Shown: positions 24,466 to 33,940, counted from the first letter of the stretch. The stretch: DNA of 38,526 nucleotides from a virus (IMGVR_UViG_3300022930_000016:1-38526); one strand, 5' to 3'. Notes: generated by a model from the letters alone, not told the origin. Numbers and translations are program-made.

Positions 24466-25128
24466 TTAATTTTTTAATGATTCTCTAAATGATTTTAATG
24501 CGTCGATAATCGGCTTATCATCTTGAGTGTCCTCTTTGAACGGCTCATTAGAAAGTGATTTTAATAATATTTCAATCTCTTTTAAACGAGTGTCCGAGTA
24601 ATTAAGATTGTATGATTTCTCAATTAAGGATAAAATACCGTAATGAGTTTTAATGCTTTTAATGTCTCTAACTGTAGCTAACGGATTAGCTGCCCAATTA
24701 GAAAGAAAAGAGTATTCGCCTAAGAAATATTCCTGAATAATTGATTTGTTCTTTAAATCACGCTTAACTGCTTTATATCCAATTGATAACTCTGCATTAA
24801 GTCCATTATCATGCATTAACTGAACGTCATTAAACATATCCCTTGCAGAATCTTTCTTCATATTGAATTTTGTAGTAGTCAATAATCCATAAGTGTCTTT
24901 GGTGTCAATCTCTAAAGGAATGCCAATCATTATAGTAGGATTGTGATCTTTTAAAACACGAATACGCTTAAAGTTTTCCGATACTGTTTTATCGAAAGAT
25001 CCCGGTGCCGAAATATCTCCAACATTGTCTTTATTGTTGTAAACATTTGCATAGGCAACAATAATCCCTTTTGCTTCGTCTAAATCTTTAAGATCGTAAC
25101 TTAATTGTTTAAAAGAATCTATTTCCAT
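24466..25128 (-). CDS. HK97-family prohead protease
   Basis: YANVYNNKD..GD...PGSF, LKDH, LSIGY, EYS...AANP. Confidence 0.95.
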   Translation of the reverse strand: MEIDSFKQLSYDLKDLDEAKGIIVAYANVYNNKDNVGDISAPGSFDKTVSENFKRIRVLKDHNPTIMIGIPLEIDTKDTYGLLTTTKFNMKKDSARDMFNDVQLMHDNGLNAELSIGYKAVKRDLKNKSIIQEYFLGEYSFLSNWAANPLATVRDIKSIKTHYGILSLIEKSYNLNYSDTRLKEIEILLKSLSNEPFKEDTQDDKPIIDALKSFRESLKN

Positions 25129-25907
25129 TACATATTAGTTTTTAATATTAAATTACCTTCAGCATCACGCCTCGGCTTGTAACTCAAAGTACATCTGCAA
25201 TTAATTACATCCGCAGGCTGTCCTTTTATATCGCCGGGATATTGTAAATAATCCGAACCTCCTAAATAAAACGGCTTTTCTAATTCCTGTACAACCCCAT
25301 CAATATAATAATGATCGAAAGGCGTTCGTCTTGTTCTATTATCCTGAACGCTAATCCAAACTTTATCAAGTAACAATTCGCTGTTCTGAGCTGTTTTAAA
25401 TGAGGCAAAATTACTCGCACTCGTTGTTTCAGTTCTTGCAATTCTTAAAGCCTGATATTTATAAAATGTTTGGCTCTTTGAAATTATAGAGTACAAGTCA
25501 TTTCGTAAATCGATTACAGTTTCGTTTTCTCCTAATCCATCTTTAATGCTTTTTATAACATCCTGAATCAAAGTATCTCTAACGCTTGTAATCTTTATAC
25601 CTCCTTCATTAGACAAAAATAGTAAAATTTCTTTTAACAAATAGTCATTGAATAAAGTATTTGCTTTTGTAACCTTTTCTAAGTCTTTATTTACTCTGTT
25701 TCCATAATCTATACCGATTGTATTGTATAGCTCTAAAAACATCTTAAACACGTCCTCTTTATGGATATTCAAATCGATTATAATCTCATAATTATTCAAA
25801 TTGGTGTTATCTACAGGAATTCTACTCAGAATCAATTTTATATGTTTCTGAACGATTCTATACGCTTTCTTTTCGTATCGTGGTTGTAGTTTGTTCCAAT
25901 TTGTCAT
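25128..25907 (-). CDS. MuF / SPP1 gp7-like minor head protein
   Basis: RIARTET, KVW...DNRTR...H, PGD...INCRC. Confidence 0.9.
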   Translation of the reverse strand: MTNWNKLQPRYEKKAYRIVQKHIKLILSRIPVDNTNLNNYEIIIDLNIHKEDVFKMFLELYNTIGIDYGNRVNKDLEKVTKANTLFNDYLLKEILLFLSNEGGIKITSVRDTLIQDVIKSIKDGLGENETVIDLRNDLYSIISKSQTFYKYQALRIARTETTSASNFASFKTAQNSELLLDKVWISVQDNRTRRTPFDHYYIDGVVQELEKPFYLGGSDYLQYPGDIKGQPADVINCRCTLSYKPRRDAEGNLILKTNM

Positions 25908-27304
25908 TAACTGTTAGCATTATTAATCATTTCCGCACTTACATCATCAATTCTTACTTTGCCTGCGTTAATCCAAACAACATCCATACCATCCTCTTCA
26001 ACTGTTTCGTATTTGAATGCAGTACGAACTTCATTAGGAGTTAATGGTATTTTATCCAACGCTTCAGACATTTGTTTCATGTCTGTTTGCATTTCTGGCA
26101 AAGCTGTCACATCCCATTCAATAACGCTATTTTCGTAACCCGGGAATAACGGAATAAAAGACTTATTCAAAGCATCTTGAAACAACACTAAATCGGGTTG
26201 AATATTTTCGGTAATCAATGTTTTCTTAGCTTCCATCGTTTCAGATGTACCGCCTAATTTAGAACCTCCATCATTGTTTAGTAACTCATCAGGATAATTC
26301 AAGACATTACATAACATTTTCTGATCCCAATTAAGATAATCGAAAGGCTTTAATTCGTCTGTAGTAAGTGAAATCCTTTGAAATCCAATCTCAGCAGATG
26401 AAGCTCCAATTTTGCCCAATCTTCCCGGATCTTTATCCATTTCGACTAAACGCTCTTTTAGCGAACTCGCTTGATCCGGTGTTAACGGTGTTCCTTTTCC
26501 GTATAAGAACCCATAAGCTCCTGCTGATTTAAGCATTTGAATATTAGTATCAATTGCGCTGTTTTGTGATTGTAAATTACGTAATCCGGCTCTTAAGCGA
26601 GATTGCCCATATAAATGAGATCCTGATCTATCGTAGTTAGGATTAACCGTTTTTACATGTATTACATCCTCTACAGGAAATTGAATAAACCAATCTCCAT
26701 CTATAAGCATGTAGTAATCAATTGGGTTTTCATCATACAACAAATTAGCATCTTTTTTAAGCACTATCTGTATCATGTGAGCCGGCAAAGCATAAGCCAA
26801 TTTAGGCACCCCTTTATTTAATCCGTCTTCGGGTTTTGGTGTGTATAGATAAAAGTTGCCGATTAAATCTAAATAAGTTTTATATAGTCCGAATATATCT
26901 GACCATGTTTGATTTGGATTAGGTTGTTCTAATGGAAAAGGCTTTTCTTTGTCTTTATAGGCTTTAGTTTCGAGTGCCAATTTGTCAATGTATTGTCTAA
27001 CAGAAATATTTCCTTTAGTTGCTAAATCCAACATTTTAAGCTTTGAGTAGCTTTGTTTATCTTCAACTTCCTTTATAGCATAAGGAACAGAAACAAGCTT
27101 TACAGTAGATTTGTTTATAATGGAAAATATAGTTGGATTCTGATTATAACCCTTATCGAGATACGTTTTATTCTTATGATCGTACTGAACGTAACCGATC
27201 CCAATCCATTCATAAAACGCCTGATTGTATGCATTACGTGTTTTTTTACCTCCCGTAAGATAGTCGTAACCTAATCTAAAACTGTTCATTAAACTATTTG
27301 CCAT
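25907..27304 (-). CDS. Portal protein (HK97 family)
   Basis: QPNPNQTW, GNFY, DVIH, YGQS, TPNEVR. Confidence 0.95.
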   Translation of the reverse strand: MANSLMNSFRLGYDYLTGGKKTRNAYNQAFYEWIGIGYVQYDHKNKTYLDKGYNQNPTIFSIINKSTVKLVSVPYAIKEVEDKQSYSKLKMLDLATKGNISVRQYIDKLALETKAYKDKEKPFPLEQPNPNQTWSDIFGLYKTYLDLIGNFYLYTPKPEDGLNKGVPKLAYALPAHMIQIVLKKDANLLYDENPIDYYMLIDGDWFIQFPVEDVIHVKTVNPNYDRSGSHLYGQSRLRAGLRNLQSQNSAIDTNIQMLKSAGAYGFLYGKGTPLTPDQASSLKERLVEMDKDPGRLGKIGASSAEIGFQRISLTTDELKPFDYLNWDQKMLCNVLNYPDELLNNDGGSKLGGTSETMEAKKTLITENIQPDLVLFQDALNKSFIPLFPGYENSVIEWDVTALPEMQTDMKQMSEALDKIPLTPNEVRTAFKYETVEEDGMDVVWINAGKVRIDDVSAEMINNANS

Positions 27305-27308
27305 ACAA

Positions 27309-27316
27309 CAAAGATA
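27309..27316 (-). promoter_or_regulatory. -7 element 4 nt before the portal ATG
   Basis: TATCTTTG-N4-ATG. Confidence 0.6.
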
Positions 27317-27328
27317 TATAAATTTTTA

Positions 27329-28846
27329 TTACATTATAAAAAAAGCAGGTTGCTTATCTAGATAGAATCTTTCATGTATCATAAACATATCCATTAAGTC
27401 AGGAGAATCCCCATTTAATTTAGCTTTCATTTCGTCTTTACCGTTAATTTGAAGCTTACCATCCATGTCGACCTTTTTACGTTTTATAGCTTTTCTTTCA
27501 TGCATAAAACGTTGTTTAACGGTCATTTTATCATCATACATAGTATTCGATACTTCTTCGCTTACTTTGTATTTTCCTGATTTTACTTTATCACCTGATC
27601 GGTAATAACATTGTGTTTTTAAATTAGGGTAATTTTCTTTTTGTCCAAAATCTTTGTCGCCTTGCTTTAGTTCCGGATTAGGAAAAGGACTTCCACCGTT
27701 ATTGAATGGAATTGATCCAACTATAAAACCATCAATAAAACTTCCAACTCCATCAGCATCATAGCAAATATTTTTGTTAGGCGTTTTTAATTCTTTCGCC
27801 ATATCAGTAATTACCTCAATAACTTCTTTGCCATTGTTTTTATCTAATATTTTTATCTTAACTAATTCACGTCCTCGCCAACCTCCAACGATAAACTTAT
27901 TAGATCCTTTCATTGCAATATCAGCAGTAATAAAAGTTTCTTCAGTATCTTCTAACTCATAAACATTATTAAACATTCCTCTAAACGATTCATATTCGTA
28001 AATGTCGTTATCAGATAAAACCATTTTCCAGTTACCGTGCAATAACGCTGCCTGAGTTGCTGAATCCTGTGCTAATAAATTCCCTAAATAAGCAGGATTT
28101 GTTTTAAGCAATTCTTTATTATCGTAAATACTTCCCGATATAAATGTTACAGATTTAACAAACTCATTAGGATCAATACCTGATTTATTTACAACATCTT
28201 CAAGTATATGCCAACCTTTTTGTATCGCTTCCTCTTTTGAATCTCCCCAAATATAATTATCCCCATCAACAATCAAATAACGTAATTTTCCATCTCTTTC
28301 AGGTATTGGCAAACCCGTTTCCGGATCAATCCACCATTCAATAAATTCAGCTACCCAACTATCAGGGTCAGGATTACATGTTGCTCTAACGTATGGATTA
28401 ACCCCGCATACAGAACGATTACGAGTAAGCAAATAGAAAAACATCTTCTTTGGAAAATGAGTAAGCTCGTCAAATTCAATTAAAGGAATTTGCGAGCCTT
28501 GCCAATCGTACATATTCTTATCGTATTCTAAATGCGAAAACTTAACCTTAGAAGCTCCAAAATCCCACTCTAAACTGCTTTCTCTTGGTTTTCCTCCTGC
28601 CTGATTATAAATAGTCATTGACGTGTCCCATAAAGCACCTTCTGCTTTGATTTGAGGTGTAGTTCTTCTAAAACAAACAACTCCAAAGCCCGGCACATCT
28701 TTATGTCTTAAGTTCTCTAAAAGCAACGAATAAGTTTTGCCAACTCCTGCAGCACCTCCCCCAATTGCGATATCTGCGGAACTGGATAAGAACGACATTT
28801 GATAACCGTCCTGTGGTCGTATTATAACTGCGTTATTTTCTATCAT
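27329..28846 (-). CDS. terL: Terminase large subunit
   Basis: Walker A GGAAGVGKT, Walker B IEFDELTHF, TCNP, nuclease ADIA/DADGVG/SPD; start set at ATG 28846. Confidence 0.95.
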   Translation of the reverse strand: MIENNAVIIRPQDGYQMSFLSSSADIAIGGGAAGVGKTYSLLLENLRHKDVPGFGVVCFRRTTPQIKAEGALWDTSMTIYNQAGGKPRESSLEWDFGASKVKFSHLEYDKNMYDWQGSQIPLIEFDELTHFPKKMFFYLLTRNRSVCGVNPYVRATCNPDPDSWVAEFIEWWIDPETGLPIPERDGKLRYLIVDGDNYIWGDSKEEAIQKGWHILEDVVNKSGIDPNEFVKSVTFISGSIYDNKELLKTNPAYLGNLLAQDSATQAALLHGNWKMVLSDNDIYEYESFRGMFNNVYELEDTEETFITADIAMKGSNKFIVGGWRGRELVKIKILDKNNGKEVIEVITDMAKELKTPNKNICYDADGVGSFIDGFIVGSIPFNNGGSPFPNPELKQGDKDFGQKENYPNLKTQCYYRSGDKVKSGKYKVSEEVSNTMYDDKMTVKQRFMHERKAIKRKKVDMDGKLQINGKDEMKAKLNGDSPDLMDMFMIHERFYLDKQPAFFIM

Positions 28847-29240
28847 TGTCAGGTAATTGGAATATTGTAACCTGTGGTAGTTTTTCGCCTCCGGAAGTAA
28901 CATCTACTTTATCTCCAAACATTTTAGGATAAAACTTAGAAGAAAGCCACTTACCTGTCTGTATCAATACGTTTCCGACTGACGGATCCATTTCTCCTGC
29001 CTTTAATTGATCTCTAATGTAATCAATCTCTTCCATCTCAGATTCGGCTTTATCCTGCATTGCATTTACATACAGGTTGCGTAATTCTTCATTATTACGT
29101 TTCCATCTACACCAAGTAGAAAAGTCTGGGTACTCTGATTTAGACTTTAATACTGTTTTAATATTAAAACCTTCTGCCACTTCTTCGCATATAGATTGGC
29201 ACATTTCGAAATTATATTCACTTGGTCTACCTGCTCCCAT
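28833..29240 (-). CDS. terS: Terminase small subunit
   Basis: GRPSEY...IC, P..STW.RW, KWLSSKFYPKMFGDK (Sf6-like). Confidence 0.9.
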   Translation of the reverse strand: MGAGRPSEYNFEMCQSICEEVAEGFNIKTVLKSKSEYPDFSTWCRWKRNNEELRNLYVNAMQDKAESEMEEIDYIRDQLKAGEMDPSVGNVLIQTGKWLSSKFYPKMFGDKVDVTSGGEKLPQVTIFQLPDNDRK

Positions 29241-29247
29241 AATGCCT

Positions 29248-29255
29248 CAAAATTA
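29248..29255 (-). promoter_or_regulatory. -7 element of the packaging operon
   Basis: TAATTTTG 7 nt before the terS ATG. Confidence 0.5.
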
Positions 29256-29289
29256 AACATTTCCAACGTAAAAAGCAAAAAACACGTGA

Positions 29290-29562
29290 CTAAACGTGTT
29301 TTGCTATAAAATACCCATATACACAAACTGCAATAAATATTCTTAAATGCAATGGATATATTTTTGTTAAGTACTCTTTTATTTCATCTGTAAGTAAAAA
29401 ACCATCTCGATCTTTCTTTAATTGCATCTCGACTAATCCTGTATTTTTAACCATCATAATCATCCCATAAATAGCCATTAATAAAATAATTGGCAAATTA
29501 GGTATTCCGATAATTATTCTAACTAATTTGTATTTTAAAAGCCCTGTATATTCTTCTTTCAT
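29290..29562 (-). CDS. Two-TM membrane protein
   Basis: Hydrophobic segments. Confidence 0.6.
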   Translation of the reverse strand: MKEEYTGLLKYKLVRIIIGIPNLPIILLMAIYGMIMMVKNTGLVEMQLKKDRDGFLLTDEIKEYLTKIYPLHLRIFIAVCVYGYFIAKHV

Positions 29563-29598
29563 AATCTACTTTATTTGTAATTCGTATTTAGGTTTTTG

Positions 29599-29817
29599 TT
29601 AGATAGATTCATTTAGGTTAAAATTCCATGTTTTTAATAGGTCATAATCTTCTTGGCTTAATGCGTTTTCAGATATAACTTTTTTAACTCCAAATATTCC
29701 CCTGTACCAATGTATCTGTTTTATTTCGTAACTCATTTTAGATAATGGAATAAATTTTTCTCCATCTATTTCAATAAGTTTTTGCAAATCGTTTATCGGT
29801 CTTTTTTCTGTCTCCAT
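29599..29817 (-). CDS. Hypothetical protein (72 aa)
   Basis: ORF in operon. Confidence 0.6.
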   Translation of the reverse strand: METEKRPINDLQKLIEIDGEKFIPLSKMSYEIKQIHWYRGIFGVKKVISENALSQEDYDLLKTWNFNLNESI

Positions 29818-29907
29818 CCCTAATAATTTACTTGGTTAAACTTAATTACGATAATTATACCTCCTATTGTTTCTTCTGTTCTATACATAACATTGTTTTT
29901 TACTTGG

Positions 29908-30168
29908 TTAAATTGTTGTTGCTTTTTGAATAAGTTCATCAATTTGTGTTCTGCATTCAGAAACGTTAATATCTTTATCTATCCAATCTCTTATATTAAT
30001 TAATTGGTCAAGCATTTCAGGAGCATAAGAAATAAGTAAGTTGTTTGCGTTATTTTCTTCATCTCTTGCTTTATTCCTTTCTGATTCGCAAATAAATTCG
30101 CCTCTTTCGTTTTGAACGCTTCCTAATACTCCTAATCTCCAAAATCCTTTTGTTCCTTTAAATTCCAT
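29908..30168 (-). CDS. Conserved phage hypothetical protein
   Basis: KGTKG.W...AN..LIS.APEML pattern common in phage early genes. Confidence 0.7.
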   Translation of the reverse strand: MEFKGTKGFWRLGVLGSVQNERGEFICESERNKARDEENNANNLLISYAPEMLDQLINIRDWIDKDINVSECRTQIDELIQKATTI

Positions 30169-30185
30169 AATTACAGTTTGTTTGA

Positions 30186-30644
30186 TTAATTTCCTATTTG
30201 TATTCCTGCCATTACTGAATTAACGTTATCGTAAGATCCAACAACCTGAATATTATCACTAACATAATAACCAAAACGTATTCCAACTGCTAAATATAAT
30301 TTTTGTTTCTCCTGAATACCGTTAATGCGTTGGTCTAAATATGCAGTTCCAAGTTTTCCGGTTATGGTAATTGAATCGAATGTACCGCCAACTTCTCCAA
30401 ACAAAGCCGGAACAACATCTGATTTTAGATCGTGAATTTTTTTATTCACATCGTTTTTGTTGGCTCGTTTTTCAACTGTTCCGGCATCTACTAAAGAAGC
30501 AGAAAAACCAAAGTTTAAAAATTCTTCGTTTTGGTATGTGTAACCAATTTCGATTGCTTTATATCCTGCTGATGCATGGATTTGTGATTGTGCATTTACG
30601 TTTAGGTAAATTAAAATTAATGCGAGTGTGGCTAATTTTTTCAT
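30186..30644 (-). CDS. Secreted outer-membrane beta-barrel-like protein
   Basis: Signal peptide ending NVNA-Q; alternating amphipathic beta strands. Confidence 0.6.
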   Translation of the reverse strand: MKKLATLALILIYLNVNAQSQIHASAGYKAIEIGYTYQNEEFLNFGFSASLVDAGTVEKRANKNDVNKKIHDLKSDVVPALFGEVGGTFDSITITGKLGTAYLDQRINGIQEKQKLYLAVGIRFGYYVSDNIQVVGSYDNVNSVMAGIQIGN

Positions 30645-30646
30645 AA

Positions 30647-30949
30647 TTATTTTGATTGATAGATTTTACATTGGTTTAACAAAAAACAGTGAGTACCTTT
30701 AATATCTCCGTTTCTTTTGAATTCAACAAGCCTTATATATTCATCACCTTTTAAAATGATTGCGTTGGTGAAATAAGACTTTCCGTTTACTACTACTTTG
30801 AAAATAGTGGTGTATTTAGCATCTGAAACCTCAATATTAATGCATGTTCTGGATTTTTCCTGAGCAGATGCACGGTTTATCATTGCAAATACGATTGTGA
30901 TAATCAATATCGCGCCAATAATTAACTTAATTTTGTCTGATTTTTTCAT
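30647..30949 (-). CDS. Secreted/membrane-anchored protein
   Basis: N-terminal hydrophobic helix with ASA-Q cleavage-like site; two Cys pairs possible. Confidence 0.6.
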   Translation of the reverse strand: MKKSDKIKLIIGAILIITIVFAMINRASAQEKSRTCINIEVSDAKYTTIFKVVVNGKSYFTNAIILKGDEYIRLVEFKRNGDIKGTHCFLLNQCKIYQSK

Positions 30950-31109
30950 GGTTTACTTTTTTTGGTTTTTAATTCTTTCAGCATTCTGGCTACAACATCA
31001 GCTTTTACCCATGCATATATTTGGCCGAAATCTTTTTCTGCAAATTCCCTGGCTTCTGATCTCGATACATCGTGCGATTTAATTTCAGTTACCACTTGCT
31101 GTAAAGTTT

Positions 31110-31544
31110 TCATAACGAAATAACGTATTTAGGCTGATTATTTTCCGTTTCGAATAGTTTGGTGTAATCCATTACGTTTGGAACGTTATCCAATTCGCAA
31201 AGATATTCTACTACTGCGCATAACCCTTTGAATTGGGTTTCTTTGTCTCCTTTTTTAAAATCTGTAGCTGTTAAAAAAATTATTTCTACTTTTTGTAATT
31301 CTTCTTTTGAATATCCAGATTCTTTTATTACTATTTCAGCAAGTTCTAATTCATAATCACATGGTTGTATGTAATTACCCCATTTTAGTGTCGATTGAAA
31401 AATAGGCAAGTTATCCCATGCGCTATCATTGTTGCAAATACTACCTACTGCGCAATGTTCGCAATTCATAGCGTCTAATTCTCCTGAATGATAAGCCGTA
31501 TAAAGCTTTGTAATCGCATTTTCTAATCTAATTGGTAGTTTCAT
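31110..31544 (-). CDS. CxxC protein of a Flavobacteriaceae-type conserved family (start set at ATG 31544)
   Basis: RLENAITKLY.A.H...CEHCAVG.I...GYS..EL..E..FL...GLCAVVE.LC.LD.V.NVMDY. Confidence 0.65.
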   Translation of the reverse strand: MKLPIRLENAITKLYTAYHSGELDAMNCEHCAVGSICNNDSAWDNLPIFQSTLKWGNYIQPCDYELELAEIVIKESGYSKEELQKVEIIFLTATDFKKGDKETQFKGLCAVVEYLCELDNVPNVMDYTKLFETENNQPKYVISL

Positions 31545-31562
31545 AATTTCTATTGGTTTTAA

Positions 31563-31589
31563 TGCCGGATATTTCACCGGCTTTTTTTT
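31563..31589 (+). terminator. Antisense-oriented terminator
   Basis: GCCGG-N8-CCGGC followed by T8 on the plus strand. Confidence 0.55.
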
Positions 31590-31592
31590 GGT

Positions 31593-31895
31593 TTATACTA
31601 CTTTGAAATGTGAATTTGTCAGGTAGTACGATTTATTTTTTCCTGAATCAGATACAATCGTAAATTTGTGATCTTCTACTACTCTTACGACTTCGTACTT
31701 TTTGCCTTTAGTCAAATGCTCAGTACTTGCTGAGTGAACAAAAATACATTCTACAAAATCACCTTCTTTTACTTCTTCAAGTAATTTACTCGTTTTTAAA
31801 TGTTCTGATTTTACAGACCCAATAACGGTTAAAATCTGTCTGTGATAAGCTAAGACAATTCTTTCCGCTTCGTCATATTCTTCTCTTGTAATCAT
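31593..31895 (-). CDS. Hypothetical protein with SH3-like C-terminal domain
   Basis: GDFVECI...LTKGKKYEV...F.I..D.G. Confidence 0.65.
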   Translation of the reverse strand: MITREEYDEAERIVLAYHRQILTVIGSVKSEHLKTSKLLEEVKEGDFVECIFVHSASTEHLTKGKKYEVVRVVEDHKFTIVSDSGKNKSYYLTNSHFKVV

Positions 31896-31899
31896 AATT

Positions 31900-32028
31900 T
31901 TATTTTTTAGGTTTTAAATTCATTTCGTGCTGTTGGTTTATTATCAAAGCTTGTTTTCTTATTTCGGCTATTGTTTCTTTGTATGCTCTTACGTTAAACT
32001 GCTTAGTGCCTTTTTTATTCCTTCCCAT
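31900..32028 (-). CDS. Small basic RHH-like protein (42 aa, MGRNKKGTKQFNVRAY...)
   Basis: Manual translation; QFNVR is an Arc-like strand. Confidence 0.55.
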   Translation of the reverse strand: MGRNKKGTKQFNVRAYKETIAEIRKQALIINQQHEMNLKPKK

Positions 32029-32030
32029 AT

Positions 32031-32237
32031 TTATTTGTTTTGTTTATTATATTCTTTTAAAAAAGCTAAAACGGCTTTACATTTTTTAGAATCTTTTTGA
32101 AATTCATCTGCCTGATTTAAATTATAATTTTTAGAACTAATAAATGCATTTGGATTTTCTAAATATCGCGGAATCATCATTGCTGAAAATTCCGCTTGTT
32201 TCATTCTTTTTTCTATGAACTTTTCTAAAGATTCCAT
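32031..32237 (-). CDS. Hypothetical protein (68 aa)
   Basis: ORF in operon. Confidence 0.65.
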   Translation of the reverse strand: MESLEKFIEKRMKQAEFSAMMIPRYLENPNAFISSKNYNLNQADEFQKDSKKCKAVLAFLKEYNKQNK

Positions 32238-32447
32238 TTAATCAAAAACATTAAATGCAGGATAAAATCTTCCGTCTCTTTCTTCAGTTTCTAATATGAC
32301 TAAATTAGATCCCCACCAATCACGTTTTAATGTTGAGAATTGACCTGCTAACTCTAAAGTTTCAAATCCGTTTTCTCCATTTCCGTGAGTATTTCTAAAA
32401 GCATTGAAAGCGTTTAATTTTGCGTTTGAATCGTTTACTTTGTACAT
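32238..32447 (-). CDS. Hypothetical protein (69 aa; start set at ATG 32447)
   Basis: First ORF after a consensus promoter. Confidence 0.65.
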   Translation of the reverse strand: MYKVNDSNAKLNAFNAFRNTHGNGENGFETLELAGQFSTLKRDWWGSNLVILETEERDGRFYPAFNVFD

Positions 32448-32478
32448 GATAAATATTTTTACTTGGTTAATTGTTTTA

Positions 32479-32519
32479 CAAATATACAATACTTTTTATT
32501 ATAAACAATACTTTTTATT
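32479..32519 (-). promoter_or_regulatory. Consensus early promoter with overlapping 14-bp direct repeats
   Basis: TTG (32508-32506)-N19-TATATTTG (32486-32479); CAATACTTTTTATT at 32487 and 32506. Confidence 0.8.
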
Positions 32520-32528
32520 TTTTTATTT

Positions 32529-32750
32529 TTATTTCCTCCTTTCAGCGTAAACCGTTTTGATTCCGTAGTACAGAAAATCCAATTCAGCCTGTACTTCTCG
32601 TGCTTCATCACGTTTACCAGATGCATATAATTTATTTTTCTTTGCCTCCAAGTCAGAAAAAGATTCATGCACTACTGTTGAAATTTCTAAATTACATTTT
32701 CTGCATCTGGTTTTCATTAACTCAGGATTACGGCATTTACAGTATTTCAT
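32529..32750 (-). CDS. Zinc-ribbon-like hypothetical protein
   Basis: CKC...CRKC. Confidence 0.55.
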   Translation of the reverse strand: MKYCKCRNPELMKTRCRKCNLEISTVVHESFSDLEAKKNKLYASGKRDEAREVQAELDFLYYGIKTVYAERRK

Positions 32751-32905
32751 TATCGAACATGTCTATCTGATTAACCGTTAACTTCTCCAATTATTCTAAA
32801 ACATCTTCTTTCTGGTCGATTTGTTTTTGAATGCCGTTTCTTTCGTATTTAAGCGCTTTTATTTCAAGGCGAAGCTCTTTTATTCTTTCTACTAAATTCA
32901 TCGCT

Positions 32906-33094
32906 CTAAAGTTGTTTAAATAGTTTAATTGAGGTTTTTTTAATGCCGATCGGAGTTTCGTTACCATTGTGAGCTACAAGTGTAAGTAACATGAACGCAT
33001 GTTTTGTTTGTAATTCATCGTAAATGTGTTGTACGCTTTCTTTTACCGTTAAGTTCTCGTAACTCTTAATTGTTGTTTTTACTGCTGTTTTCAT
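32906..33094 (-). CDS. Hypothetical protein (62 aa)
   Basis: ORF with A-rich start. Confidence 0.6.
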   Translation of the reverse strand: MKTAVKTTIKSYENLTVKESVQHIYDELQTKHAFMLLTLVAHNGNETPIGIKKTSIKLFKQL

Positions 33095-33329
33095 ATTTGT
33101 TATTTATTTAGGTTCTATTTTTTATTTAATGTTTCTAAAAATTTTAATGTCTGTTTTAAATACAATTCAGATATAAAGAAAGGATCTTCTTTATTTTCAA
33201 AATTAGCTGTATTAAATAAATACTCTTTGATCTTTTCTATGTTGTCAGTTGGAGATTCATATTCTCCAGATTCTTCAAATAATGTTTTCATCTTCCAATT
33301 CCGTTAATAGTTAATAGCTGTTTTAGGGG

Positions 33330-33584
33330 TTACTTTAGATTCATTATCATATCAACTGCATTGTTGATTCTTTCAATATCTCCTAGAGTAAAATCAACCG
33401 CACCGTGTTTAGCCATAAATCCGCTCAATGCCTGTGATAAAAAATATTCTCGTTTAGTTATGCCATAACAATGTTTTTTATCAATTATAGGCATTCCGGT
33501 AAAGTCTGCATCACTATAAGATATTTCAGTAGGGAATGCAGGTAAGTTTTCATTTTTCAATGCGAATGGTTTTTCAATCTTCAT
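33330..33584 (-). CDS. Conserved phage hypothetical protein
   Basis: PAFP...GITKREYF..QAL.G pattern. Confidence 0.7.
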   Translation of the reverse strand: MKIEKPFALKNENLPAFPTEISYSDADFTGMPIIDKKHCYGITKREYFLSQALSGFMAKHGAVDFTLGDIERINNAVDMIMNLK

Positions 33585-33620
33585 AATCTATTTTTTTAAT
33601 GTTATTTAAAATAAGGTTGG

Positions 33621-33887
33621 TTAGTCCGCAAAAGGTTCTGGTCTTTCAATAACCGAATAAGCGTCTAATTCTTGAACACCTCCCATACACGGAACTTTAT
33701 TGGCGTTCATAATTTTTCTAATTTTTTCATCGTTATGCTCAGCTAATGAATAGTTTTTACCTCCATAAGAATTATAAAAATAAATCTTAAATACTATTCC
33801 TTTTTTACACGCCCAATATTCGGTGTGATTTCTAAAGTGAATGTTTGAAGGCAAAACTTTTTCTGAGGTAATCGGTATCCATTTCAT
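33621..33887 (-). CDS. Hypothetical protein (MKWIP... DUF551-like start)
   Basis: ORF; motif resemblance only. Confidence 0.6.
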   Translation of the reverse strand: MKWIPITSEKVLPSNIHFRNHTEYWACKKGIVFKIYFYNSYGGKNYSLAEHNDEKIRKIMNANKVPCMGGVQELDAYSVIERPEPFAD

Positions 33888-33940
33888 AATTTCTCTATTT
33901 ATTTTTAGTTTTCAAATAAGGCTCAATTTTTGGGTAGGGG

